From the IMG/VR virus record IMGVR_UViG_3300029179_000020, positions 1 through 30,464 of that record: a stretch of DNA of 30,464 bases. One strand, written 5' to 3'. Positions 18,727 to 26,648 of the stretch are shown here, in pieces. The stretch comes from a virus (lineage: Duplodnaviria; Caudoviricetes). Every line of letters starts with the position of its first letter. Position 1 is the stretch's first letter. The notes beneath the pieces were generated by a model that did not search any database, was not told the DNA's origin, and saw only the letters and a list, made by a program, of their open reading frames with translations. The position numbers were made by a program, and so were the translations under genes.

Positions 18727-19466
18727 GGATTGTAGTACCTGATGCTAATGTTAAGTATGGAAGTAGTACCTGTGTAATTTGCGTTCGTGGAACTAACACC
18801 GATCACAATACTGTTGGTGTACAAATCCCCAGCTTTACCATAAAACGCATCATCTAAGATAAAGACTGCGCCAACAGGTAAAAAGGTTGATTGTAACGGT
18901 ACGTCTCCGTTAACGGGAACAGTAGTGCGATCGAAATACTGAATGTAGACCGGAACTGTGCCAATGTTTTGAGCGATAAAGCCCACGAGTCGTGAGTTAG
19001 CCGCAACACCACTTTGCCAGTTGTTAGCCGTTAGGTTTAAAACCTGTCCGCGCAAACGAGCTTGTGTAAAAGCACTGGAGATTCCCGTACCAATGTTGGC
19101 AAGCGTTGATTCGCTCGCCATGTTGGAACCAGTGCCGGGGACGATCGATAAAGACTCGCCCGCAGGTTGTGCACCGCGTTCATCAGGTAATTGTTTGGTT
19201 GAGATGCTGTCAATGAAAGCAAGAACTGAAGACGTGACCGAAGTCAAGAACCGGAGCTTCGCAGACAGCGTACCAACGGAACCGGATGTTGCTGCTGCAT
19301 CTGCCGCAGTCCCCAACACACCTTCAAGTTCATCTACTGCGGTTTTAATAGTTTCGATATCCGTACTAAGGTCAATACCAGCACCAATGTCAGCAGGAGT
19401 ACTGCCGCCGCCGCCACCACCACCACCCGTGCTTGTTAAGCCCGTACCTTGAATATTAATAGGCAT
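18723..19466 (-). CDS. Virion structural protein (fiber-associated)
   Basis: Poly-Gly linker, helical segment, small beta C-domain; 4-bp ATGA overlap with the fiber gene. Confidence 0.6.
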   Translation of the reverse strand: MPINIQGTGLTSTGGGGGGGGSTPADIGAGIDLSTDIETIKTAVDELEGVLGTAADAAATSGSVGTLSAKLRFLTSVTSSVLAFIDSISTKQLPDERGAQPAGESLSIVPGTGSNMASESTLANIGTGISSAFTQARLRGQVLNLTANNWQSGVAANSRLVGFIAQNIGTVPVYIQYFDRTTVPVNGDVPLQSTFLPVGAVFILDDAFYGKAGDLYTNSIVIGVSSTNANYTGTTSILNISIRYYNP

Positions 19467-19479
19467 TTGTACTCAGTCC

Positions 19480-19731
19480 TCAGAATCCGTAAGCGTTAGA
19501 GTTATAAACACAAGCGATATTTCCGCTTGAGTCATAATGAAGAGAAGCAACAAGCACACCACCCGCAGCTAGCACAAGTGCGTCGCTATTGAGCGTATTA
19601 CCTGAAGGCAAATTAGCACCAGGTTGCTTGACTTCTAAGCAATATAGATTTGTACGCGTAGCAGAGGTTGCGACCGCTATATTGTGCGGAGGTACAGCCA
19701 TGCCCGACGAAGTGTATTGAAATGTAGACAT
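19480..19731 (-). CDS. Small hypothetical late protein
   Basis: First gene of the fiber operon; AAAGTA box at 19764-19769. Confidence 0.6.
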   Translation of the reverse strand: MSTFQYTSSGMAVPPHNIAVATSATRTNLYCLEVKQPGANLPSGNTLNSDALVLAAGGVLVASLHYDSSGNIACVYNSNAYGF

Positions 19732-19758
19732 CTTAACGGATTGCCTTTAATGATTAAC

Positions 19759-19804
19759 TACCTTACTTTGTACGAATGTTTAGGTCTCTAATCAAAGTAA
19801 GGTA
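19759..19804. promoter_or_regulatory. Divergent pair of AAAGTA boxes (CAAAGTAAGGTA on both strands)
   Basis: TACCTTACTTTG 19759-19770 and CAAAGTAAGGTA 19793-19804 form a perfect 12-bp inverted repeat. Confidence 0.75.
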
Positions 19805-19829
19805 ATAGCTTATAGGATGATTTGAAATC

Positions 19830-20123
19830 ATGGCAGTAAAAAATGCGGACAAGTTTTTAGCCTCTGTGATTCGCAGCGGCATTGACCAACCAATCAATCG
19901 TATCACGGACAAAGCTGGCAAACCTTTAACGGAAGACAACGCTTGGGGTTGGAATGATGAGCGCGAAGCTTTTGAAGGCATGTTTGTTTCGGGACGAGAA
20001 ATACTTGACTATAGTATTGAGAAAAACTCCAAAGGTGGCTGGAGTGTTGAGTTTGAACCTAGCAAACGCGTTAAGAACAACGGTGTAGTTGATGATGCGG
20101 ACGAAAACGAAACGGGAAAGTAG
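19830..20123 (+). CDS. Hypothetical late protein (97 aa), short form of a frameshifted gene
   Basis: Ends ACG GGA AAG TAG. Confidence 0.75.
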   Translation: MAVKNADKFLASVIRSGIDQPINRITDKAGKPLTEDNAWGWNDEREAFEGMFVSGREILDYSIEKNSKGGWSVEFEPSKRVKNNGVVDDADENETGK

Positions 20124-20175
20124 AATCCTTTAGCGAAAGCCGTGTTGGCATTGTTGTTGCCAGCGACGCTAAAGG
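20114..20175 (+). other. Programmed -1 ribosomal frameshift signal
   Basis: G GGA AAG at 20114-20120, 6-nt spacer, stem CCTTTAGCG/CGCTAAAGG with inner GTTGGCA/TGCCAGC. Confidence 0.75.
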
Positions 20176-20392
20176 TAAAAAATTTAAAGTCCTAACGAAA
20201 GAAGGCAAAACCATTCACTTTGGTGCCGAAGGCTATGTTATTGGGCAAGTAGGCAGTGAAAAGTGGAAGTCTTATTGTGCTCGTAGCAAAGCTATCACGG
20301 GAGATGAAGGCATTAGCGCTAACTGGCTAAGCCGTCGCATGTGGAAGTGCCCCGGGTTAAAACCTTTAGGGCTGGGAGATTCAATTTATTAA
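20120..20392 (+). CDS. -1 frame extension (90 aa), DUF5754-like basic domain; fusion ~187 aa
   Basis: VESFSESRVG...KKFKV...GKTIHFGAEGY...SYCARS...SANWLSRRMW; TGA at 20093-20095 in this frame and no ATG/GTG/TTG before the domain. Confidence 0.7.
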   Translation, partial: VESFSESRVGIVVASDAKGKKFKVLTKEGKTIHFGAEGYVIGQVGSEKWKSYCARSKAITGDEGISANWLSRRMWKCPGLKPLGLGDSIY

Positions 20393-20555
20393 AGAGTACA
20401 ACCCTTTATACGTAAGCATTTTAGCACAGGCGCTCCAGAGTTAATCTGAGAGCGTTTTCTCTTTAGGTATAATCCCAAGGCAAACAGTTTTAACACGCCT
20501 TGTAGCGCATCCTCGCGGGAGTAATTTTTTGCCAGAGCACAAAATATTTTTAAAG

Positions 20556-20601
20556 TTCCGTATTTTCACGGATGTCTAACCACGCTAAAGCGACGTATTA
20601 T
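20556..20601 (+). promoter_or_regulatory. Palindromic-operator promoter (TTCCGTA-N4-CACGGATG-N21-TATTAT)
   Basis: Motif match; no plus-strand ORF follows. Confidence 0.7.
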
Positions 20602-20607
20602 ATAAAT

Positions 20608-20892
20608 ATAGCGCAAGAGGTAAAGCGCTTAAGAAACGATACCTCCAACGAGCAGCAGTTGACAAATCGCCGCTAAGAGCAAAGAATCTAGCTCTAGGTA
20701 AATAAAGGGATTCCGCACCAAGTAAGCTGATGCGTAAGAAAGATAGCTTACCAGCGACGCGCTCTGACAAACGCGAACCCGTGCCAGGTTTAGGAAGTTG
20801 CCTGTAGTAAAAAAACTTCTGCCTCCCACTGAGGTTGCTCCGAGTAAGGCAATATGTGGAACTCTTGAGCGGAATCGCGCGAACGCTCAAGA
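20608..20892 (+). ncRNA. Candidate structured ncRNA (~285 nt), family unknown
   Basis: Promoter upstream; 5' pseudoknot, several hairpins, a long-range helix and a 9-bp terminal hairpin. Confidence 0.55.
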
Positions 20893-22887
20893 CTAATAGA
20901 CGACAGCAATAAATTCGTCATCGGGACTGACAATGCCAAAAAGTACTGGCGGGTTGTAGTCCGTTGGCGAGTTTATGTCATTGGCAGAGGTGCTGGCGCT
21001 TAGGTCAATTGTACCCACACCGTTTAGGGATTTCAGCAACCCATTATAGGCATAGATAAAAGCATCAGGCTCTATATATACCGCGAGAGAATCAACGTAG
21101 AATTCGTAGGCATTGCTTTCGGCGCTAACGGTAGAACGTGAAAGAGGTCTAACGGCTAAATCTAACCTGTCTGCATCACTGCTAACGCTATAAGCATTTG
21201 CTCTGCCCCAATCCAGTGCTGACAAGTTCTTTAACAAGGTCTTTGTCGTACTGTAGCCGCTAAAGCGATTAGGATCTACGGTATATGTGACGGTGCGACG
21301 CAAGCTTCCTGTGTTGGCGGTATTGAGCCTAAAGAGCAAAGGCTTGTTTGTTAGACTATATTGGCTAGGGAATCTGGCGGGTTCTTCAGGGGTTGTGTTT
21401 TGCTCGGCTCTGTTGCTACGTAATTTGCGAACCGTCAACGTAGGTATAACAGACCCTAGTGCTACGGGCGAGCTAACGGCGAACTCTTGTGCCGCTGAGG
21501 GGTCATTAAGTAGGTCAGTTTGGTAAATTACTTCGCGGCTTGACCATTGCTTGCGGTTTTTACTCCGTGTCCACGTTTTAACTATATCTTCCTCGTAAAT
21601 CCCTTGTGCGGGGTTATAATCCACCTCACCTGCTTCTGCTGTTCTCCCTAGTTTTTTGTGTCCAGCCCAAGGAGCGCTGACACCTAGCGTACCAATCTTT
21701 TGTCTACGGTATTGAATATAGTTGCCTGATAGGTTTAAGCCACCAGGGGAACCGCCACCAATTACATCAATTACAACAGGCTGACCATCTGGCTCGCTGT
21801 AATTGTAAACCCAAGTCTCTGTTAATCTGCTAACGAGTGTTTCCGCACCATAGCTATAGATCGTGCTACTGCCAGGGTTATCTAGCTCATATTTTAATCT
21901 GGTAGTGATGAATTGCTCATAAGCGATGCCGAAAGCTTTGCGAACTTCAGTAACGCGCCTAATTAAACGACCGGGGTCATCATAGGTGCAACCATCACGG
22001 TTTAAGTCTTTATCTGTTTCATACGTCTCCTCAATACGTCGCTTCTCAAGCAACACACCTGAGCCACTAGCGTAAAGGTTGCCAGCCCCTGTGGAGATTG
22101 ACTCGTAAATAATGCGACGTGTATTGGGTATGATGTCTTTTGTCTCAGTCAGTGTTCCTTCGGCAGTTGTAACGGTATCTGTTTCGTTTAAATCTATTTG
22201 GTCTAATTGAGGGTCAGCCGTTGAAAGTTGGTAGCGGCTTGCAGGTAGTTCTGTACTGTATTCTTTAGTAAAGCGGTAAAGCGTTGGCTCCGTCTCAGTC
22301 ACATGTGCTGTCGCGGGGTAATCAAACGTAGCAAAACGAACTATGCCAGCCCTGTCGCTATAGAGAAAACCATTGTTAGAAAAAGCGATGGAGCCTGCGA
22401 CCTGTATAGCTGATGTGTTGCCACGCGAAAGTTGTATATCTCGAACCTGCCCCGTAATAGTAGGGATTGTGTTAGGGATATCTAGACCATCAAGTATTAA
22501 GCCAATAGCGACGCTAGCGTTCATGCTTTGCTGAGGTTGTTGGCAAATTAGCGACCGCCCTAGTTCGTTGCTGTTGTTTAGCCCTAGCAAGCACGTTAGC
22601 TTAAGCGTTAGGACTTCCCGCCTCTCATCTAACTCATAGCCTTCAATCCATAGCGAACCAAGTACGGGAATCTCTGTCGCGTTGCGGTATAGCTTAACGG
22701 CTCTGCCAGTACGTATGTCGCTTAACCCTAGAGTTCCGCTATTGCGCAGTAGCAAATCGCCCGTAATAATAACAAAACCATTGGTATCGACCGCGCTGTA
22801 AACTGCTTGGGCGCTGATGATGTCATTGTTAACGTTTATCCCGTTTACTGTACCAGTTATTGCGTTTGGAACTAAGTTTAAACCCAT
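20893..22887 (-). CDS. Minor tail / tail-tip protein (664 aa)
   Basis: Hub-like N-term (LTLKLTCLLG...FLYSDRAGIVRF); AAAGTA box at 22922-22927. Confidence 0.6.
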   Translation of the reverse strand: MGLNLVPNAITGTVNGINVNNDIISAQAVYSAVDTNGFVIITGDLLLRNSGTLGLSDIRTGRAVKLYRNATEIPVLGSLWIEGYELDERREVLTLKLTCLLGLNNSNELGRSLICQQPQQSMNASVAIGLILDGLDIPNTIPTITGQVRDIQLSRGNTSAIQVAGSIAFSNNGFLYSDRAGIVRFATFDYPATAHVTETEPTLYRFTKEYSTELPASRYQLSTADPQLDQIDLNETDTVTTAEGTLTETKDIIPNTRRIIYESISTGAGNLYASGSGVLLEKRRIEETYETDKDLNRDGCTYDDPGRLIRRVTEVRKAFGIAYEQFITTRLKYELDNPGSSTIYSYGAETLVSRLTETWVYNYSEPDGQPVVIDVIGGGSPGGLNLSGNYIQYRRQKIGTLGVSAPWAGHKKLGRTAEAGEVDYNPAQGIYEEDIVKTWTRSKNRKQWSSREVIYQTDLLNDPSAAQEFAVSSPVALGSVIPTLTVRKLRSNRAEQNTTPEEPARFPSQYSLTNKPLLFRLNTANTGSLRRTVTYTVDPNRFSGYSTTKTLLKNLSALDWGRANAYSVSSDADRLDLAVRPLSRSTVSAESNAYEFYVDSLAVYIEPDAFIYAYNGLLKSLNGVGTIDLSASTSANDINSPTDYNPPVLFGIVSPDDEFIAVVY

Positions 22888-22917
22888 GTCGCTTGCATGT
22901 CGCTTGCACGTCGCTTT
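22885..22917. repeat. Three tandem 11-bp repeats CAYGTCGCTTK
   Basis: CATGTCGCTTG CATGTCGCTTG CACGTCGCTTT between the AAAGTA box and the ATG. Confidence 0.9.
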
Positions 22918-22980
22918 AGCTTACTTTTATTGGGGGGAGGGGACGATTGCGGGTGCAAGGTCGTTAGCCTTGCTTGTTCT

Positions 22981-23613
22981 CTATTGAGTCGATGTTGTTA
23001 GCGTTTTTTCAACTGACCAACCTAACTTATCTAACCTGTACGCTATCGTAGTTCTTTTTATGTTCGTCTGTTCCGCCCACTGTGCTAATGTTTTTGTTGT
23101 TCCGTTAAAGGTAATTTGCCTATTGTTGGTGCGGTTGTTTTGTTGGTTTTTCATGTTGTCCCACTTGACATTTCCTGGTTCGTAGTTACCGTGAGGGTTT
23201 ATTCTTTCTACAGAGTCACATTCGTCGGGTCTTAGCCCCATGTGTTCAAAAAAGTTTTCAAAGTTATTCAGCCAGCCAACAAACATTGTCACACCTTTAC
23301 CCCCATAGTGCTGCCATCTATTGTTTTTGGGGTTTGTGCAACGGTCTTTTATCATTTGCCAAGCCCGATACTCTACTGTGTTTGTCATGCCGTGGCTTAA
23401 AAGTCTTTTCCTGTTGGCTTCTGCTATCTGACAGCCGCAGCTTTTAGTGCTACAAGATGTCACAGCTTCAACGGCTATCTCTTTTTGCACTCCGCACTCG
23501 CACTGCCATAGTGCGAAGCGTCTTAGCCTTTGTCCCATCTTGCGTGGCTCTAGTTCTGAAACATACGTAAGTTTACCGAAAGTTAAATTTTCAAGGGTTT
23601 TTCTTTTAGGCAT
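22981..23613 (-). CDS. HNH homing endonuclease
   Basis: WQCECG...KSCGC...HG...YGGKGV...SVERINPHGNYEPGNVKW...QQNN; TTGTCA-N18-TAAAAT promoter upstream. Confidence 0.85.
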   Translation of the reverse strand: MPKRKTLENLTFGKLTYVSELEPRKMGQRLRRFALWQCECGVQKEIAVEAVTSCSTKSCGCQIAEANRKRLLSHGMTNTVEYRAWQMIKDRCTNPKNNRWQHYGGKGVTMFVGWLNNFENFFEHMGLRPDECDSVERINPHGNYEPGNVKWDNMKNQQNNRTNNRQITFNGTTKTLAQWAEQTNIKRTTIAYRLDKLGWSVEKTLTTSTQ

Positions 23614-23716
23614 CGCGTTCTTTAGTTCTACCTTTTTATTTTACCATTAATCAAGCATTTTTGACAAGGCGGAGATGGCACAAAGTAACGTGTAATTACA
23701 TAATAGGACTAACCGC

Positions 23717-24481
23717 ATGCTCTCGGGTGCAGGATCACTTTTTGTCAAAACTACAAACTTAACCGCAGGAAACTCTATCAGAGGTCAAAACCTTTTGTTT
23801 CCGCTTTGTATTGCCAGTTTTTCTTTAGATTTCGACACTCAGTTAGCTGAATCTAAGTGTCTTATCGATGGCAAGCGTCAGATCACGGCTGCTGCTATCA
23901 CGGAAGAAATTGCTTCTATGAAAATCAGCTTTGAATTTGCTGACTTCAAGACTTTAGGTTTCGCTTACGACGAAATTAGCCAAACCAGCACCACTGTTCA
24001 AATCCCCGTAATCAAGACCGCTACTGTTCCTACGGCTTCTCCCTACGAAATCGTTGATGCAGAAATCGTAACAGGCAACCTCGCTAGCGTATTGGTTTAC
24101 AAAAACAGCCCTACCACGTCCTACATGGTAAGCAACGCTACCCCTACCACGGCTGAGCACTTCTTAGCCTCCGCTGGTAAGATCACGTTTGCTGCGGCTT
24201 CTGCTGGCGCATCTGTTTCCTACACCATTCTCAAGACCTTCTCAACCATTGAAACCATCGGTGTTGAGTCCGCTGCCGATAGCTTCGGTAACTTAGAATT
24301 CAACGGCATCATCTACGCTGGTGGTTCAGGTGAGCGCTACGGTATTCAAGTTCCTAAGCTTAGCCGTGTTTCTACCCCTAGCATTCAGATTACGGGTGAC
24401 CTAGCTACGCTCGAAGTAGATTTTCGCGCTAGCGTGCCTGCTGGACAACGTAGACCCTTCCGCTTGTTCAAGCTTGCGTAA
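23717..24481 (+). CDS. Major tail tube protein
   Basis: 254 aa; G.G.LF start and EVDFRA end typical of tube proteins; AAAGTA box at 23682-23687; own terminator. Confidence 0.65.
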   Translation: MLSGAGSLFVKTTNLTAGNSIRGQNLLFPLCIASFSLDFDTQLAESKCLIDGKRQITAAAITEEIASMKISFEFADFKTLGFAYDEISQTSTTVQIPVIKTATVPTASPYEIVDAEIVTGNLASVLVYKNSPTTSYMVSNATPTTAEHFLASAGKITFAAASAGASVSYTILKTFSTIETIGVESAADSFGNLEFNGIIYAGGSGERYGIQVPKLSRVSTPSIQITGDLATLEVDFRASVPAGQRRPFRLFKLA

Positions 24482-24507
24482 GCATAACAGCTTAACTTAA
24501 TAGATTT

Positions 24508-24544
24508 AGCGACGCAGGGCTTACCTTACGTCGCTTTATTTTTT
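24508..24544 (+). terminator. AGCGAC-family terminator
   Basis: AGCGACGCAGGG-CTTA-CCTTACGTCGCT plus T-run. Confidence 0.85.
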
Positions 24545-24865
24545 ATGCAAAGTTCAAAACTTCTTTCAGGACTGACTCAATCATGGAGATGTTTTCTACT
24601 CCGCCTTGTCCGCTTTCGCCCCTTAGTTCGCATGTGAAAACCTTACCCTGAAAGACTTCTAAGTTTTTAGGTGCTGTTTTTGTTCCCATCCTTAGCTAGC
24701 TCATTGACCATTCTGTTATCAGCAAACATAGCCCTGTCGCTAACACCACATAAGCGTGCCAGTGCGTTCTGGCTTAGCCCACAGGTTTTACCATTAGAGC
24801 TAACGTAAAACTGAAGCTCCATATCAAGACTTTCAACTTTAACAATGCTGGTTTACAATTTCCAT
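24543..24865 (-). pseudogene. Twice-frameshifted HTH/antirepressor-like gene
   Basis: MEIV / TSIVKVESLDMELQFYVSSNGKTCGLSQNALARLCGVS...DGNK / TAPKNLEVFQGKVF...NFA*; removing one A from each of two A-runs restores one frame. Confidence 0.55.
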
Positions 24866-24955
24866 TTGCTTTACTTGTAAACTATATCTGTATACTATAT
24901 TTTGCCCTAATAGCTTGTCACTTAGATAAAAATAACCAGATTCCCTAAAACAAAA

Positions 24956-24981
24956 AGCGACACGTCGCTAAACATGTCGCT
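24956..24981 (-). terminator. AGCGAC-family hairpin with duplicated right arm
   Basis: AGCGACACGTCGCTAAACATGTCGCT after an A-run. Confidence 0.65.
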
Positions 24982-25000
24982 TGCATTTTATTTAGTTAGC

Positions 25001-25192
25001 TTACGGAATCACCATACTGAAGATAGCTTCGAGTTCGGGGCAGCTATAGCGTAGTTCGCCTTTGAAAAGCATTACGCTGCCAAGCTTTGTGCCTTCACCA
25101 TATATGTCGTAGGAGCCTTCCGTTAGTCTTTCGCTGTTGAAACCAATGGAGTTTAGGTTTTTAACAATCATGGAAAGAATTTGAGAGTTCAT
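25001..25192 (-). CDS. Small hypothetical protein, 63 aa (MNSQILSMIV...)
   Basis: AAGGAACCCACACAC-ATG; downstream of an operator promoter. Confidence 0.7.
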   Translation of the reverse strand: MNSQILSMIVKNLNSIGFNSERLTEGSYDIYGEGTKLGSVMLFKGELRYSCPELEAIFSMVIP

Positions 25193-25228
25193 GTGTGTGG
25201 GTTCCTTTTGTTTGTTTTCTATTCTTCT

Positions 25229-25273
25229 ATAATAACCTGTTGCCACTAGCGACACATCCGTGACACTACGGAA
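25229..25273 (-). promoter_or_regulatory. Palindromic-operator promoter (TTCCGTA-N4-CACGGATG-N20-TATTAT)
   Basis: Motif match; back-to-back with the AAAGTA box at 25284-25289. Confidence 0.7.
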
Positions 25274-25316
25274 CTTTCTCTCCAAAGTAAGCTAAAGTTA
25301 GAACGCACCTAAAGCT

Positions 25317-25943
25317 ATGACAGACTTACTCTTGCGCACGAATAAGCACTATTATGAGACCGTCAAAGGCGAGATAAAATACGTCGCTCAATTAAGTTTG
25401 CTCAAGCGCGAAGAATTTAAAAATACACTTGTAAGGCTAGAAACGCAACTACAGAAACATCAAGAAAAAACCTTCGGTGAGGCACTTGAGGCTGATAAGA
25501 TGTTGATGGCTTTAACACGTGAGTGCTTGGAACTAGGGGGTGTTGATTTTGATGATTGCAGCTTGGATATGGCTTGGTGCTTCCTTTTTGCTCACGAAAT
25601 TGATGGCTATTATTTTGATAGTGGAATCCTTATAGCGGTAAACTACCCGAAAGCAAAAGCCGCTAATGAAACCCTAGGTGTACAACCTGGAAAAGCACAA
25701 TCCCTTGCTAACGTTCTTGGGCGTGTCACTGCTGGCTTTGAAGACTTGCTCTCAACCCTGACTGCAATTGAAAAGCTACCGGCGGACTTGCTTGTAGATG
25801 TGCTTGAGGAACGTTCGCTCGCTATGATGTCTAGTGATGAACGCATGAAATACGAAAGTAAGAAAATGGCACAGGAAATGAAGGCTGGCAATGTTGTCTT
25901 GACTTTTGACCAGGAAATTGACCCCTCTGCTTTAGGTTTTTAA
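25317..25943 (+). CDS. Hypothetical late protein, possible tail assembly chaperone
   Basis: Acidic and helical, 208 aa; AAAGTA box upstream; near the tail tube gene. Confidence 0.45.
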   Translation: MTDLLLRTNKHYYETVKGEIKYVAQLSLLKREEFKNTLVRLETQLQKHQEKTFGEALEADKMLMALTRECLELGGVDFDDCSLDMAWCFLFAHEIDGYYFDSGILIAVNYPKAKAANETLGVQPGKAQSLANVLGRVTAGFEDLLSTLTAIEKLPADLLVDVLEERSLAMMSSDERMKYESKKMAQEMKAGNVVLTFDQEIDPSALGF

Positions 25944-25966
25944 TATAAAGGAACTACGTCGCTACC

Positions 25967-26176
25967 ATGAATTGTTGTGGAACTTTAATTACGCAAGCAC
26001 ACGCTGAGCCAAACGAAAACCAACTCGCTTGCATCGGAGAAGCCCAGGACTGGATGGCTATTCACGAGGCTGGCATAACTGTTGTGGAGGTTTCACTCGT
26101 TAATGGTGTTATAACGTCCGTGCTAACGGAAAAGAAAACTTCGGTGAAAACACGGGTTGCTAAGCGACGTAAATAG
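25967..26176 (+). CDS. Small hypothetical protein
   Basis: ORF track; AAGGA upstream. Confidence 0.55.
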   Translation: MNCCGTLITQAHAEPNENQLACIGEAQDWMAIHEAGITVVEVSLVNGVITSVLTEKKTSVKTRVAKRRK

Positions 26177-26212
26177 TGCGACAATAGATTTAGTACAGAA
26201 ACAAGAAAGCAC

Positions 26213-26401
26213 ATGCCCCAACTCTTTACACGTTTCGCCATGTATTGTGATGACAGAATTGTTAGCTTACTGGCTCCAGTTCTGAAAAACATTCCTCCTG
26301 AGTGCCCAATTCAGAAAAAGCACAAACTTAGCTGGAAACCTTGCACTCTGAACCCTTTGTTTACTGCTATCATGATTCTCAAAGCAAGAGCGGAGGGTTA
26401 A
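26213..26401 (+). CDS. Small hypothetical protein
   Basis: ORF track; tightly packed with neighbours. Confidence 0.5.
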   Translation: MPQLFTRFAMYCDDRIVSLLAPVLKNIPPECPIQKKHKLSWKPCTLNPLFTAIMILKARAEG

Positions 26402-26402
26402 G

Positions 26403-26597
26403 ATGCTAACGGTACAAAGCATACTAGATTACTTAGAAGATTGCGGCTACGTTATCGAAGTTAAGGAACGAGCTTCCGTAAGCTACAAGAAAGATAAAAC
26501 CCTTAGTCTGGCAGCCGATAGCGAAATAACCTATAGGAAAGCTATCACGCAAGTCGTAGCCCCCACATATCTTAACGAACTCTATTACCACGTTTAA
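26403..26597 (+). CDS. Small hypothetical protein
   Basis: ORF track; GGAGG RBS upstream. Confidence 0.55.
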   Translation: MLTVQSILDYLEDCGYVIEVKERASVSYKKDKTLSLAADSEITYRKAITQVVAPTYLNELYYHV

Positions 26598-26648
26598 CAC
26601 GAATACCTCTCAAAGTACCGTAGGACAACACTCTTACGGTATTTTTGT

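Noticed and set aside
20727-20800. Hammerhead ribozyme (CTGATG...GAAA) or SRP RNA (CAGG...GGAAG)
   Set aside because: The core reads CUGAUGC rather than CUGANGA with no stem II, and the SRP GGAAGGAAGCAGC motif is absent.
20585-20890. Minus-strand ORFs 20585..20890 and 20629..20829
   Set aside because: No recognisable RBS or motifs, atypical R/L/S-rich composition, and they overlap a plus-strand promoter and structured region.
22932-22953. G-quadruplex
   Set aside because: Only three clear G-tracts.
25317-26176. Tail-chaperone G/T frameshift at 25317..25943
   Set aside because: No convincing slippery heptamer plus open -1 frame was found at the 3' end, and the next ORF has its own ATG.
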